Shown: positions 1 through 11,055 of the stretch, piece by piece
How the letters are laid out: the number at the start of each line of letters is the position of its first letter
Position numbering within the stretch: the first letter of the stretch is position 1
NCBI RefSeq assembly: GCF_036321535.1
Contig: NC_087438.1
Span: 8,248,001-8,312,000 of the forward strand
Length of the DNA: 64,000 nucleotides
DNA from: Camelus dromedarius
Lineage: Eukaryota
Direction of reading: 5' to 3'
Notes under the pieces: generated by a model
The model's database searches: none
Told to the model about the DNA's origin: nothing
What the model saw: only the letters and a program-made list of their open reading frames with translations
Program-made: the position numbers and the translations under genes

Positions 1-1944
1 GCTCATGCACGGCCAGCACCTGGATCTGAGAGCAGGTGGACATCCTTTCCTCATGGGCTTTCCCAAATTTTTACAGTAATCAGAGCTATGGGAACCAGAG
101 TGGTGGGGTGGGGGAAGTCCTGTCCATATGAAATGCTCAGAATACTGAGAATAAATCTGTGTGGGCTGACCTCCAGCAAATAAGGAGAGAGAAGTCTTCT
201 GACAAGATGCACTGGACAGAGAAAGCAGAAGAATTTTATTTTGTCAGCATTAGCTACCTATGAAGGTGGCAGTCTTCATCTCTGTCTTCAGTCCCTCTAT
301 GTTATGGCTGCTAGGATTTAGAATTACTTTAAGTATATGAAATAATACTCTAATCTCCAGTGAGTTATTCTAAGGAAATAATTCAGCTACTAGAAATTGC
401 TGGTCTCTCCTCAGGCCAGAAAATGTTTGCTTACAAACATTTCCTTTTTTTTAGGCACAAAACCAGGAGCCTGTTCTGTAGCCCAAGTTCTCTTCGTCCA
501 CGTAAGCGTTTAAATGCACAGTGTTAGGCTAACGTGGATCCAGACTTTTTTCCTTGCATTTCTGTTGATGGTTGGCTAAGCAAACAATTACTGCGTTCTT
601 CAGACTTCGGGCTGAATCAACAGATGTCCTGCTGGAGAGGAAGGTGTTTCCCTTCTGTCTCTGATAATGACAATGCAAAGGAGAAAACTGGTTTTCTTTA
701 ATGTAGCCCCAAACACCATATATCAACACATTATCAAATGAAATTATCTCTTTTATGCTGTACTCGAAAAAAATTTTAATATTCATGTGAAATAAAAAAC
801 GCTTAGAGGCAGAAAAAAATAAATGTAACATAAAAAATGTCTCCAGGATGCAACACCGTTTCCCAGTCATCATGAAAATGACAAAACAGGTGCTACTGAG
901 GTTAGAACTGAAGAGAATCACTAGAAATACTAAGTTGGGCTGACATCAACACGATACTAACACCAGATACTAACACCGTTTGCCTTTGGCGTAGGCAACT
1001 TACTGAGAGCTCTGAATTCTTTTTAAAAGACAAAAACCAATCAAGGGCTTTAAAATACAAAAGAGTGCCATGAAGATCAGGTAACTAAGCGTTAAGGCAA
1101 AAAGACCACATTTCTAGGAACTCTATAAAGCCTGACATTCTGTTGGTTTCCCTAAGGCACTGCATCAGTGAACAGATTTGGGTTTTATTGGCTAGAGGGA
1201 ACGATTCTCTGTAAATACAGGCATTTAGACTTATAAAAGGCACTTATAAAACGGATAGAGGATGCCAGAAATTATACACACTGTGGACTATAAAAAATAC
1301 TGTTAAAAAAGCCACCCTGTAGGAGGTTCTATAACATTTATCTAGTTGGAACCAGCTTTGTATTTCCCCTGATTCTCCCATTTAACAGTAGACTTTGTGG
1401 GGTAGGGGAAGAAAAGAAAGTAAATAATGAAAAAACGTAAGAAAAGTATGAGGGTTAAAGAGTGGCTCATGGAAAAGGGAGGAGCTTGAAATCAGGAGAA
1501 TATTTATAATTATAGGGGAGAGCAATTGAGCAGTAGAGAAAGGAGCCACAGAGAGTTTCAAAGTAAAATAAAAGGTAAATGAGTAAGAAATGAGTGCTTG
1601 GTTTGCTTATTTTTTAAAAAGGTACAACTCATAAAAAATCTCTGAGGTAGGAAACAGACTGCAGGTCGATGCAGTAGTCTCTTTCTCTTTCTCCTTCCCT
1701 TTCTTTAGCGAGAAATGCATTTAAATGAGAGCAGACACAGCTCTTCCAAACAGGCTTTACTGGGGAGCGGGTTTAAATTTCTCAACTTTTCAAGAGAGGG
1801 CTCCTCCACCCCACCTTACTAAGGCAAAAATGCTTGTTGTAACTTTTAGGAACAGAATCCAGTCTTCACAAGATACAAACAAGATAATTTAAAAAAAAAA
1901 AAAGCCCTGCATTTTCACCAAGACCAAAACCCCTTGCTACTTAA

Positions 1945-2088
1945 GTGGGGTCTTTGTTCCTTACAACATGGGAGACATCTAAGAGCTCGTTACAAATGCT
2001 AAATCTCAGGCTCCATCCTCAGATGACTCAGTCTGAATCTGCGTTTAGCAAGATGCTTGATTCCTATGATCATTAAAGCTGCACTAGA
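1945..2088. mobile_element. MER5-like hAT-Charlie relic
   Basis: Degenerate motifs 'gagctcgttacaaatgc..atctcaggctccatcctcaga...tctgaatctgcgtttagcaagat'. Confidence 0.5.
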
Positions 2089-2261
2089 TAAATAACTGTT
2101 GTAAGAGATAAATTGAGTTTGTTGAGGTATCATTTATGACAACTTTACCTTGTGATTATGTTTGTGTAATCAAGTGTCCTTAATTTGTACTTTCTCCTTA
2201 TTAATTATTACTGACTCTCTCTAATTGTACATACTTGTGAATGGCATTAAAAATTATCTAA

Positions 2262-2309
2262 TACACCAGAAATTAACACAGCATTGTAGATCAACTATAC
2301 ATCTATTAA
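2262..2309 (+). mobile_element. Extreme 3' tip of an L1 (about 48 bp) with TSD
   Basis: 'tacaccagaaattaacacagcattgtagatcaactatacatctattaaa' resembles the L1 terminus at 6905-6950. Flanked by aaaaattatctaa / aaaaattatgtaa. Confidence 0.7.
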
Positions 2310-3517
2310 AAAAATTATGTAAGAAACAGAATTCAAAGTCATGAAAAAGTAAATAGACTCACATTAAAATGTATTTGAATAGAAATTCTGTCTCTGGCTT
2401 TCATCATCACTCCATGAAAGGGGAACACGTTGCAGAGTTTCTACATGATTAAACAGGAAACTTTGTTAATACGGTACTATGCCCAAGAATCTGAACTTCA
2501 TGATAATAAGGCCTTGCACAGTAAAAACTCCATGGCATTTCACTTTGTCTTGCTGAGAGCTGATTGGAATTATTCTTTAAAGGAATCATTATTTTCAGCA
2601 TTTCTATCATGTTTTCTCAGAAAATGTTAAAGGTCATTTCACTTTCCTAAGAAAAAAATAGCTAACATTTAATGAATCAGAGACATATCATTCTATTTGG
2701 TTTCTGTCTGTAGTAGGCAAAGATCAAAACCAAAGTTTTAACCCAGGCTGTGTTGGGGAATTGGAATAACTGATCCCGAACCACAGTTGCAGGGGAGATC
2801 GGACATGGCAGGAATCCTACATCAGAGCTGAGATGGTTTCAAGGAGGAAGGTCAATGATGGAGCCAAGGGTAGCAAGTGGGAAGCCAAGACAGAAAGCCA
2901 GGAGCACTAACTTCCAGGATTTCCCATTCCATCCAGTTTTCCCCAAATTTAGAGGGTGATGAATAAGCCCTTTGGGGGGCACTCAGTAGATAGATCATCT
3001 GATTTGGAGAAATGTAGTGAAACCTTCCATCTTATCTCAAATAATTATTTCATCTCCCATTTTTCTCCTGCCCATTCATTTTCTCTTTATAGGCCAAGCA
3101 CCGAGATTGAGGCTGGGATGCTGAGATGAAAAGACATCCTAAGAACTCCTCCCCCATTCTGAATCTCGGTGTTCCACAGGCTTCTGCCCTGGGTCACCTG
3201 TACCCTTATTCTAGTTTCCTGACAGTCTCCCCACCTCCTAATACTACACTCTCTACTCAGGATTCCACCTCTCTTCTGAGCTCTGGATTCATACTTCTGA
3301 TGCCCTTGGATGTTACCATGGAAATTTTTTGAAATTAGCTCAAAATCATCAGGACAAATCTACTTTGCATTCTCGTGAAGCAGATTTTCTTTCTGAATTC
3401 GATTCTCATTTAATGGGATAACGGCACCACGTTCACCCATTCAAAGAAAAACACAAAAGTGTCCTGGATTTATTCTTGGATTTATCTCACCTCTCAGATG
3501 CTGAGTTAGTCCCCAGC

Positions 3518-3700
3518 CAGGGGCGGCTTTGTGGGCATGCAAGCTGGGCAGTCACATAGGGTCCTGTGCTCAAAAGAACCCTGTGCTTCGTATAATGCTC
3601 TGCCTTTGCTATCTTAAAATTCTTAACCACTTTTAAACAATAGGCATCACGTTTTCATTTTGAATTGGGTTCTGTGAATTGTATGACTGTCCAGGTCCCT
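3518..3700 (+). mobile_element. MER91A-like hAT-Tip100 element
   Basis: Colinear with the recalled MER91A consensus: CAGGGCCGGCTTCATGGGC...AATGCTCTGC...AAATTCTTAA...TTTTCATTTTG. Confidence 0.75.
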
Positions 3701-5779
3701 GAATCCTATAAATTCCATCTGTAGTCCTGTCTTTCTATAATCTGTCCCTACACATTGCTGTTGGAATTATTTTCCTAAATCAAATCTAGGCAGTGAGCAC
3801 CTCCATTACCTTTTTTTTTTTTAAAGACTAAAATTCTGCTATCAATTTCTCAAAGCGTAAAGTTAAAATAAGTGTCTTTGGGCCTTGACTGCAATTAATT
3901 CACCAGCATAAATTCCCACAGGGCGGCTCCAGCCCTGCCTTTCGTGTGTGTGCATATCAAAAGGAATTGAAGTCGCTACCACCTGTATTTGACAACTCTA
4001 CCCATCTTTCAAGAGTCCGTCTTACTCACGTAGCGCATGGCTCTTCATTGGTTTCCATCACCCTCTCTGGGTGGGCCCCCCACCCCGGAGTGTTGCACGG
4101 GAAGTGATTACCAGCTAATTTACACAGGGGTCTGGGGGAACGAGGAATGGTTCTCTTTCAGTCCCTGGTTTCTTTGGGCAAGAACAGGTGAGAAAACTTG
4201 AGCATGTAACTAACGACACTGGTTTTGACCAAAGTCAGAGGGAGAAAAACACGTATCTCCCCAAACCACATCTTCTCTCCAGTGCTCTCCGGTTTAAGCT
4301 GGTCTTTTCCTACAAACCCCAAATCCTTCCTTTCTTGACCTCATTCCTTCTCTGCAGTCCAAAACTCTCCCGTACTTCTTTCCAGATCTTTCTGAACATC
4401 CATCCACTTCAAATGATGGGCTGCTTTATCTTCAAGGATATCTTCTCGCTCTGTGCATGACTTGACTCATCCCATCCCATCCATGGGCTGGGAGACTGTC
4501 AACAGTCCCAAATTCCCTCTCCTTCTTTTCCATTTCTCTCTGTAAAGGAATAAGGGACTAGAACACAAGTCCCCAAATTCATAATCTAACACCATGCTTG
4601 TTCTATAAACTTGTCCCATCTAATAACAAACAGTGAAATCCCTAACAGCAAGGGCCATCTCTGATTATTTCCGAATCTTTTCACATCGATTTCATAAGAG
4701 AGGATGCAAAATGTTTGGCCAGTGGGTTGGAGAAAAGATCAGCATTCACTTATATTCCTACGTTTTCATCCTCACTTAACTTCACCCAACTTCTCTGCAT
4801 CTCACCGTTTCACTTTAAAAATTACGATTTTCACTGTAACATTAAAAACCATCTCTATCAGAGAAAAAAAATAGAAGGTAGATGAAAACATGTAACTGAA
4901 GATCACTAAACACATATAAGTGATTTAAATATCTTTTTGCAACTCAGTTCTATAGTTTTTTAAATCTCCTCAAGTATATCGATTTCCAAATACGTCTAAC
5001 TGTAAGTTGAATCATTTAACAGACATTTATTTATTAAGCCCATGCTACTAACTGTGCTTAGCCCAGAAACATACAACTCAGTAACCTAAGAAGGGAGAGA
5101 GAGATATTAGCAAAAACATTGTAAGATAATAGAAAGCATGTATAAGAATCAAATACCCAAAGACAAGCATGCCTGTGACCCAGCAACTCCATTTCCATGT
5201 ATTTATGATGAAATAATTTAAGAAGTGAACCACTATTCAGCTATAATGGTTTTGATTGACATATATTAAAAGATTTAAGATAAAACCTCCTACCTGACTA
5301 CACATTAAAAATGATGTTGTATAAATGCGTCTTGTTCTGGAAAGTTAGTTACATTCTTTCCCTGCCAGCTGGCTGTATTCACATGATCCATGTCGAAGTA
5401 CTAATATGTTTAAGAATATGAATATAATACAAATATTTAAAAATTGTTTTCTCTATATAATCACGCAACATTTCAAGGATGATCAGCTTCAAGCTTATTT
5501 TACTGTGTCCTTTAAACTCTCTACAATATAAAAACTTTCTCGTCTTTAAATGTCACAGTGTGACCTCAAAAAGCAACGCTGCATGAATGTGCAGTGACAG
5601 TTACGCACAGGAGCTGGCATTTTAGGCATATGCACAGGAAATATTAAAACAAACCCCTAAAGTACCCACTTGCTTAGACTCTGACCTCACTTCTGCATAA
5701 ACGCAAACACGCGCACACATGCAGATGCCTCAAAAATCATCTGCAGTGATAATTCTACAGAAAACATTCAAATACTTAC

Positions 5780-5788
5780 TGCATTGCG
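5780..5788 (-). CDS. CTNND2: Candidate 9-nt alternative microexon of CTNND2 (CGCAATGCA; adds Ala-Met-His)
   Basis: Minus strand reads AGAGTGCATTTTTTTTCATTAG|CGCAATGCA|GTAAGTATTTG. Canonical acceptor with T8 tract, GTAAGT donor, length divisible by 3, no stop in phase 2, UGC 16-18 nt upstream, TGCATG at 5718-5723 and 5899-5904. Predicted from sequence only. Confidence 0.6.
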
Positions 5789-6634
5789 CTAATGAAAAAA
5801 AATGCACTCTAATGTTTGTGTCACATACTGAGAATGTGAAAATAAATCAAGCAAATTTCCTTAAAACAGCGCAAACACACAAATAAACAAACAAAAAACA
5901 TGCATTCCGTTAATTCACACCAACAAAATCGATGGAATGGAAAGAAGATGCTTTCCTTTGCTGGAGCACTGTGGTCCTCACACTCTGAAAGTGTATTTCC
6001 TCAGCATGGGGAATACTGCAGTGCCTTGCCCTCAAATATGAGTCCATTTATTTTCCTCGTATAATAAAAGTGACACTGGAAGGTTAATGATGTGAAACTC
6101 TGCAGAAGAAATGAAGCTACTATCCTCTTTCTGCTGACAAGACCACAGTAATGCAATGTGAAAAATCTGAAAAGAGAGGAAGAGTCTCAGATGGAAATTC
6201 AGTTGATGATGCATTTTCACCAGCAGGGGCTCCACTTTACTAGGCAGCAGCATGTAGACATACATGCAGTTATTTAATTGATGGTTAAGAGGATTCAAGA
6301 TGTTATAATCAAGGGACAGACTAGATTGAGTTACACCATATTCTGTACACAATGTATCTTTGAATTCCTTTGTATCTGGTAATCCTAGACATAAAAGTGA
6401 AACACAAATACGTGATTATACAATTTCCAAACTGCAAAGTATGTCTTTTTATGTATACAGCAAGCACCACATTGGGCTTTAAAATAACTCTCATGTTTGA
6501 ATTTCAGCACAAGTGCATGTGTTAATTACATGGAAAATGACATATTCAAAGATAAAATTTTCTGTTAAAAAGCTCTAAAATAGTTACAAAGTCTATAATA
6601 AATTATTTTAGTATAGTTAATAGAAAACTTGTTA

Positions 6635-6958
6635 GAAAAAAGAGGACACTAGTGAACTCATTTACAAAACAGAAACAAACTTGCAGACATAATAAACAAT
6701 CTTATGGCTACCAGGGGAAAGGGGGAGGGAATGGATAAATCTGGGAATTTGAGATTTGCAAATGATAACCACTATATATAAAAATAGGAAACAAATTTCT
6801 TCTCTATAGCACAGGGAACTAAATTCAATATCTTGTAATAACTTTTAATGGAAAAGAATATGAAAATGAATATATGTATATATGTATGACTGGGACATTA
6901 TGCTGCACACTAGAAATTGACACATTGTAACAAATTATACCTCAATTAAAAAAAGAAA
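6635..6958 (+). mobile_element. L1 3' UTR fragment (cetartiodactyl type)
   Basis: 'gaactcatttacaaaacagaaac...tatagcacagggaac...' ending in an A-rich tail. Imperfect TSD aaaacttgttag / aaaacttattgg. Confidence 0.8.
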
Positions 6959-7107
6959 AAAACTTATTGGTAGTTTGATTTAGGTAAAAAATAATTTATT
7001 AAGTACAATAATTTCATTATTATTAAACAAGAAAGTAAAGAAGAGTATTTGAAGTTTCAGAGTCACTACCAATATATTTCATTACAAGTTACATCTTAAA
7101 ACAAATT

Positions 7108-9190
7108 ATAACCCCTATAATCAGGAAAAAGACAAGGATGCTCACTATTGCCACTTCTATTCAATATGCTAATGGAAGTCCTGGCCAAGGTAATAAGGCA
7201 TGAAAAAGAAATAAGAGGCATATAGATTGGAAAGGAAGAAATAAGACTATCTCTCTTCGTAGGTGATATGATCTTGCCTAAAGAAAATCCTGAGAATCCA
7301 GACAACAACTTTTAGAGCTGATAATCAAGTTCAGTAAGGTTGCAGGACACAAGATCAATATGAAAGAATCATCTGCACTTCTACATACTAGCAATGGATG
7401 ATCGGAACAAATTAAGAACAACATTCCACTTACAACAGCATCAAAAAATAAAATATTTAGAAATAAATTTAGCAAAACAAGTGTAAAACTTACACTGTGA
7501 AAAGTTTTGTTTTTTCTTTTTTTTTAATGCTGAGAGAAATCAAAAAAGTCCTAAATAATGTAAAGACATTCCATGTTCACAGATTGGAAACATTAATATT
7601 GTTAAGATGGCAGCAGTCTCCAAATTAAGTCTACAGATTTAAAAAAAAATTCTATCAAAATCTCAGCTGTTTTTCTTGGAGAAACTAATAAGCTGGTCCT
7701 AAAAGTCATATGAAAATGCAAGGACACTGAATAGTCAAACAAACTTAAAAAGAAAGAACAAATACAGAGAACTCATTTTTCCCAATTTCAAAATTTACTG
7801 AAAGGCTGCAGTAATCATGACAGTGATATACTGACATAGTGGTAGATATGTAAGTCAATGGGATAGAATTGAGAATCCAGAAATAAATCCTTAGATTTAC
7901 AGTTAACTGATTTCTTCAATGGTGACAAGACAATTTAATGGAAAAATGACAGTGTTTTCAACAAATACATAGCCACTTGCAAAAGAATGAAATTGGACCT
8001 CTAGCTTCATACTTTATTCAAAAATTAACTCAAAACAGATCATAGACCTATATGTAAAAGCGAAAACTATAACACTCTTAGAAGAAAATGCAGGAAAAAA
8101 TATTCATAACCTTGGTGAAGGCAATGGTTTCTTAGATATGACACAAAAAACGTAAGTATCAAAAAACAAAACTAGATAAATTGGACTTCACCAAAATTAA
8201 AAATATTTGTGCTTCAAAGGATACCATTAAGAATGTGAAATGACAAACCACTGAATCATAGGCAACATTTGCAACTCAACAATATGAAGATAAACCAATT
8301 TAAAAATGGGCACAGGATCTGATACAGAGAACATATAAAAATGGCCAATAAGCAAATGAAAAGTTCTTCAATATTGTTAGTCATTTGGGGAAATACAAAT
8401 CAAAACCACAATGAGATACCACTTCACAACTACTAGGATTCTAAAATAAAACAAAAAGATAGATGCTAACAACTGTTGGCCAGAATACTGAGAAATCTGA
8501 ACCATCATTCATTTGGTGTTGGGAATGTAAAATGGTGCTATCACTTTGGAAACCAGTCTGGCAGTTCCTCAAATTATTAAAGATAGAGTTACCATATGAC
8601 CTAGAAATTCCACTCTTAGAGACATACTTATGATATATGAAAGCATATGTCCACACAAAACTTGTATATTAATGTTCTTGTAGTATTATCGGTAAGAGCC
8701 AAAAAGTGAAAACAAACCAAATGTCCATCAGCTGACCAATGGATAAACAATCTGTGGTATATCCATACAATGGAATATTATTCTGCCATAAAAAGGAATG
8801 AAGTATCAGTACATGTTACAAAATGAATGAATCTTGAAAATGCTATACTAAGATAAAGTTAGTTACAAAAGGTAATAAATTGTATGAGTCAATTTATATG
8901 AAAGATCTAGAAGAGGCAAATACAGAGACACAAAAAGTAGATTCATGATTAAAAGTCGATTTTCCTCCTATTCCTCCTAACAGGAGGAGAGAAGAATGAG
9001 GTGTGATAGATAATGAGTACAGAATTTCTTTGGGGGTTAATGAAAATGTTCTAATATCAGACAGTGGTAATAATTGTACAACTCTGTGAATAAACTAAAA
9101 CTCACTGAAGTGTACATTTTACAGTGTGGACTTCATGGCATGTGGACTTCATGGCATGTGAACTGAATCTCAACAAAACTTATTTAAAAA
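7108..9190 (+). mobile_element. Old L1M (L1MB-like): degraded 3' ORF2 plus 3' UTR
   Basis: ORF2 landmarks 'tcaggaaaaagacaaggatg', 'caaaaccacaatgagataccacttcac', 'atccatacaatggaatattattctgcc'. Many stops. 16-bp tandem duplication tgtggacttcatggca near 9126-9157. Confidence 0.9.
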
Positions 9191-10299
9191 TCTTTACAGC
9201 AACAGAACCACTTCTTTGGCATGGAGAATGTGAAACTATAGTTAAAATACTTTCTGTGCATTGAAGAATGGTATTAATTTAGCCAGAGGTGTTTTGGCTG
9301 CCATTAAAAAGTATTTAGAATGAAGCCCAATGACTCCCACAATGGTGTGAGCTGTGTTTCACATTTTCTTGATTGGGTTGCATCAATCTAATTAGGCTGG
9401 TGCTTCACTCAGTAAGAAAGCACCATGCTGACCATCAGGCCTTGCTTTGAACTATCTGTCTGCTGCCAGATGCTCATACCAAGTGACTTAAGCCTTTCTG
9501 TTAGGAAAGTGGAGATTTTCTTTTACCATTCCTTTCTCAAATGGATGTTATAAATTGAAAACAAGATATACTCAGAGGCATTGGACTCATAAATACAGTA
9601 ACTATAGTTATTAATGGTAATAACTATGGCAGGTGTTGGTGCTTATCTCGTTAACTACCATCTACAATGAATCTTGCATGTGAAATATCGATTTCTTGGG
9701 CATGTATATTATAACAATTACTTTCCAATATCAAAAGGAATTCCAATATTCCAGAGATCAGGAAGTTCTAGTTTCTGAATAGGTAACACCTGACCATTGT
9801 TAAGTTCCATATGAGAACCGTGGAGTATACACTGCTAAGTACCCAGCACAAATGCACAGATACACTCAAATCACGTGTTTACCTTCCTATCCCTGGAATC
9901 ACAAGCTTAAGCTGATCTTCCACAATTTCACATCGATTTTAACTACTCTAAAATATATACTTACTAATAAATCTAAGAAGAATATAAAACAGTCAAACCT
10001 TTATATCTATCCCCACCAAAACTAAATTACTTGCATAAAAAAGTCAAGTTACAGTAAACTCAATGTCTAAAATCTTAACTATACTTCAATTAAAAAAATA
10101 TATAAATCTTTAAAGATAGGAGAACATGAATTTAAGTAATTATATTACTTAAGCAATTTTAAGATAATATAATTTTACCCTGCAAACTGCTACTGTTTGT
10201 TCTTTTTTTGATACCCTCCCCCTACCTCCAAACACACATACAAATGTAAGAACACTGAAGAAAAAAACAATGTAGCCCCATGTGTTCTTCCTTAATAGG

Positions 10300-10428
10300 C
10301 ATTATTAAAATCATTATACAGATGAAGTAGCGGAGGCTCATGAAAGCTAAACAACTAGTCCACTGCACACGGCTCACAATGGAGCCAGAACTCCGTTCAG
10401 CCTAATTTGACAGGCCATACACTTGATT
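10300..10428. mobile_element. MIR fragment
   Basis: 'attatacagatgaagtagcggaggctca...ggagccagaactc' core. Confidence 0.55.
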
Positions 10429-10499
10429 ATTACATTCTTTTTTTTTAGCTTTTTATTTTTTGAACATTACATTCTTAACAGCAATCATTTACTGCTTCT

Positions 10500-10985
10500 T
10501 TTTACAGCAAAACTTTGAAAAGCTTCCACTTCTTCATGTACTATTCACTGACTAAAAACTTTCATGCCTACCATTTCACTGAAATTGGTCTTGCCAAGGT
10601 CACCAATGGCTTCCATGTTAGCCTACCCAATAGTTCCTAACCTTGATTCATCTTCCACATCTCCTAGCAGCACAGAAATCCTCTCTTCTTGGCATCTCTG
10701 ACTTAAAGGCTCTTATGCTTTGCTTTTCATTCTCTTTTGTGGGCTCTTTCCTTCTGCTCAGCTGTTATATTAGGGTGGTTCAGTTCTAAACCATTGGCAC
10801 CTTGGCTTCTGCATCTGCACTTCCAGCGGTGGACACAACATACTCGTTGAAATTACCTGGATTTTATTTTCTAGTTTACTGGTTTATTGTCCTCCCCGAC
10901 TAGTACTTAAGCCCCATGAGTCATGAGACATAGGAAGAATTTAGTTAAATGTTTTCTGGATCAAAGGATGCATAGATGAATGAAT
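10500..10985. mobile_element. L2 fragments
   Basis: 'ttgccaaggtcaccaatggcttccatgtt' and the terminal 'tgaatgaatgg' repeat. Confidence 0.55.
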
Positions 10986-11055
10986 GGATGGATGGATGAA
11001 TGGATGGATGGAGGGAAGGAAGGAGGGAAGGAAGAGAGTGTGGTGTGTGTGTGTA
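10975..11055. repeat. Compound microsatellite (GATG)n/(GGAA)n/(TG)n
   Basis: Seen directly in the sequence. Confidence 0.85.

Noticed and set aside
529..921. 130-aa ORF on the gene strand
   Set aside because: No recognisable protein similarity and no supporting splice structure; expected by chance in AT-rich DNA.
953..977. Short tandem duplications (gatactaacacc x2; also near 29731-29754, 47760-47797, 63154-63186)
   Set aside because: Ordinary slippage duplications with no spacer structure; not CRISPR-like or otherwise informative.
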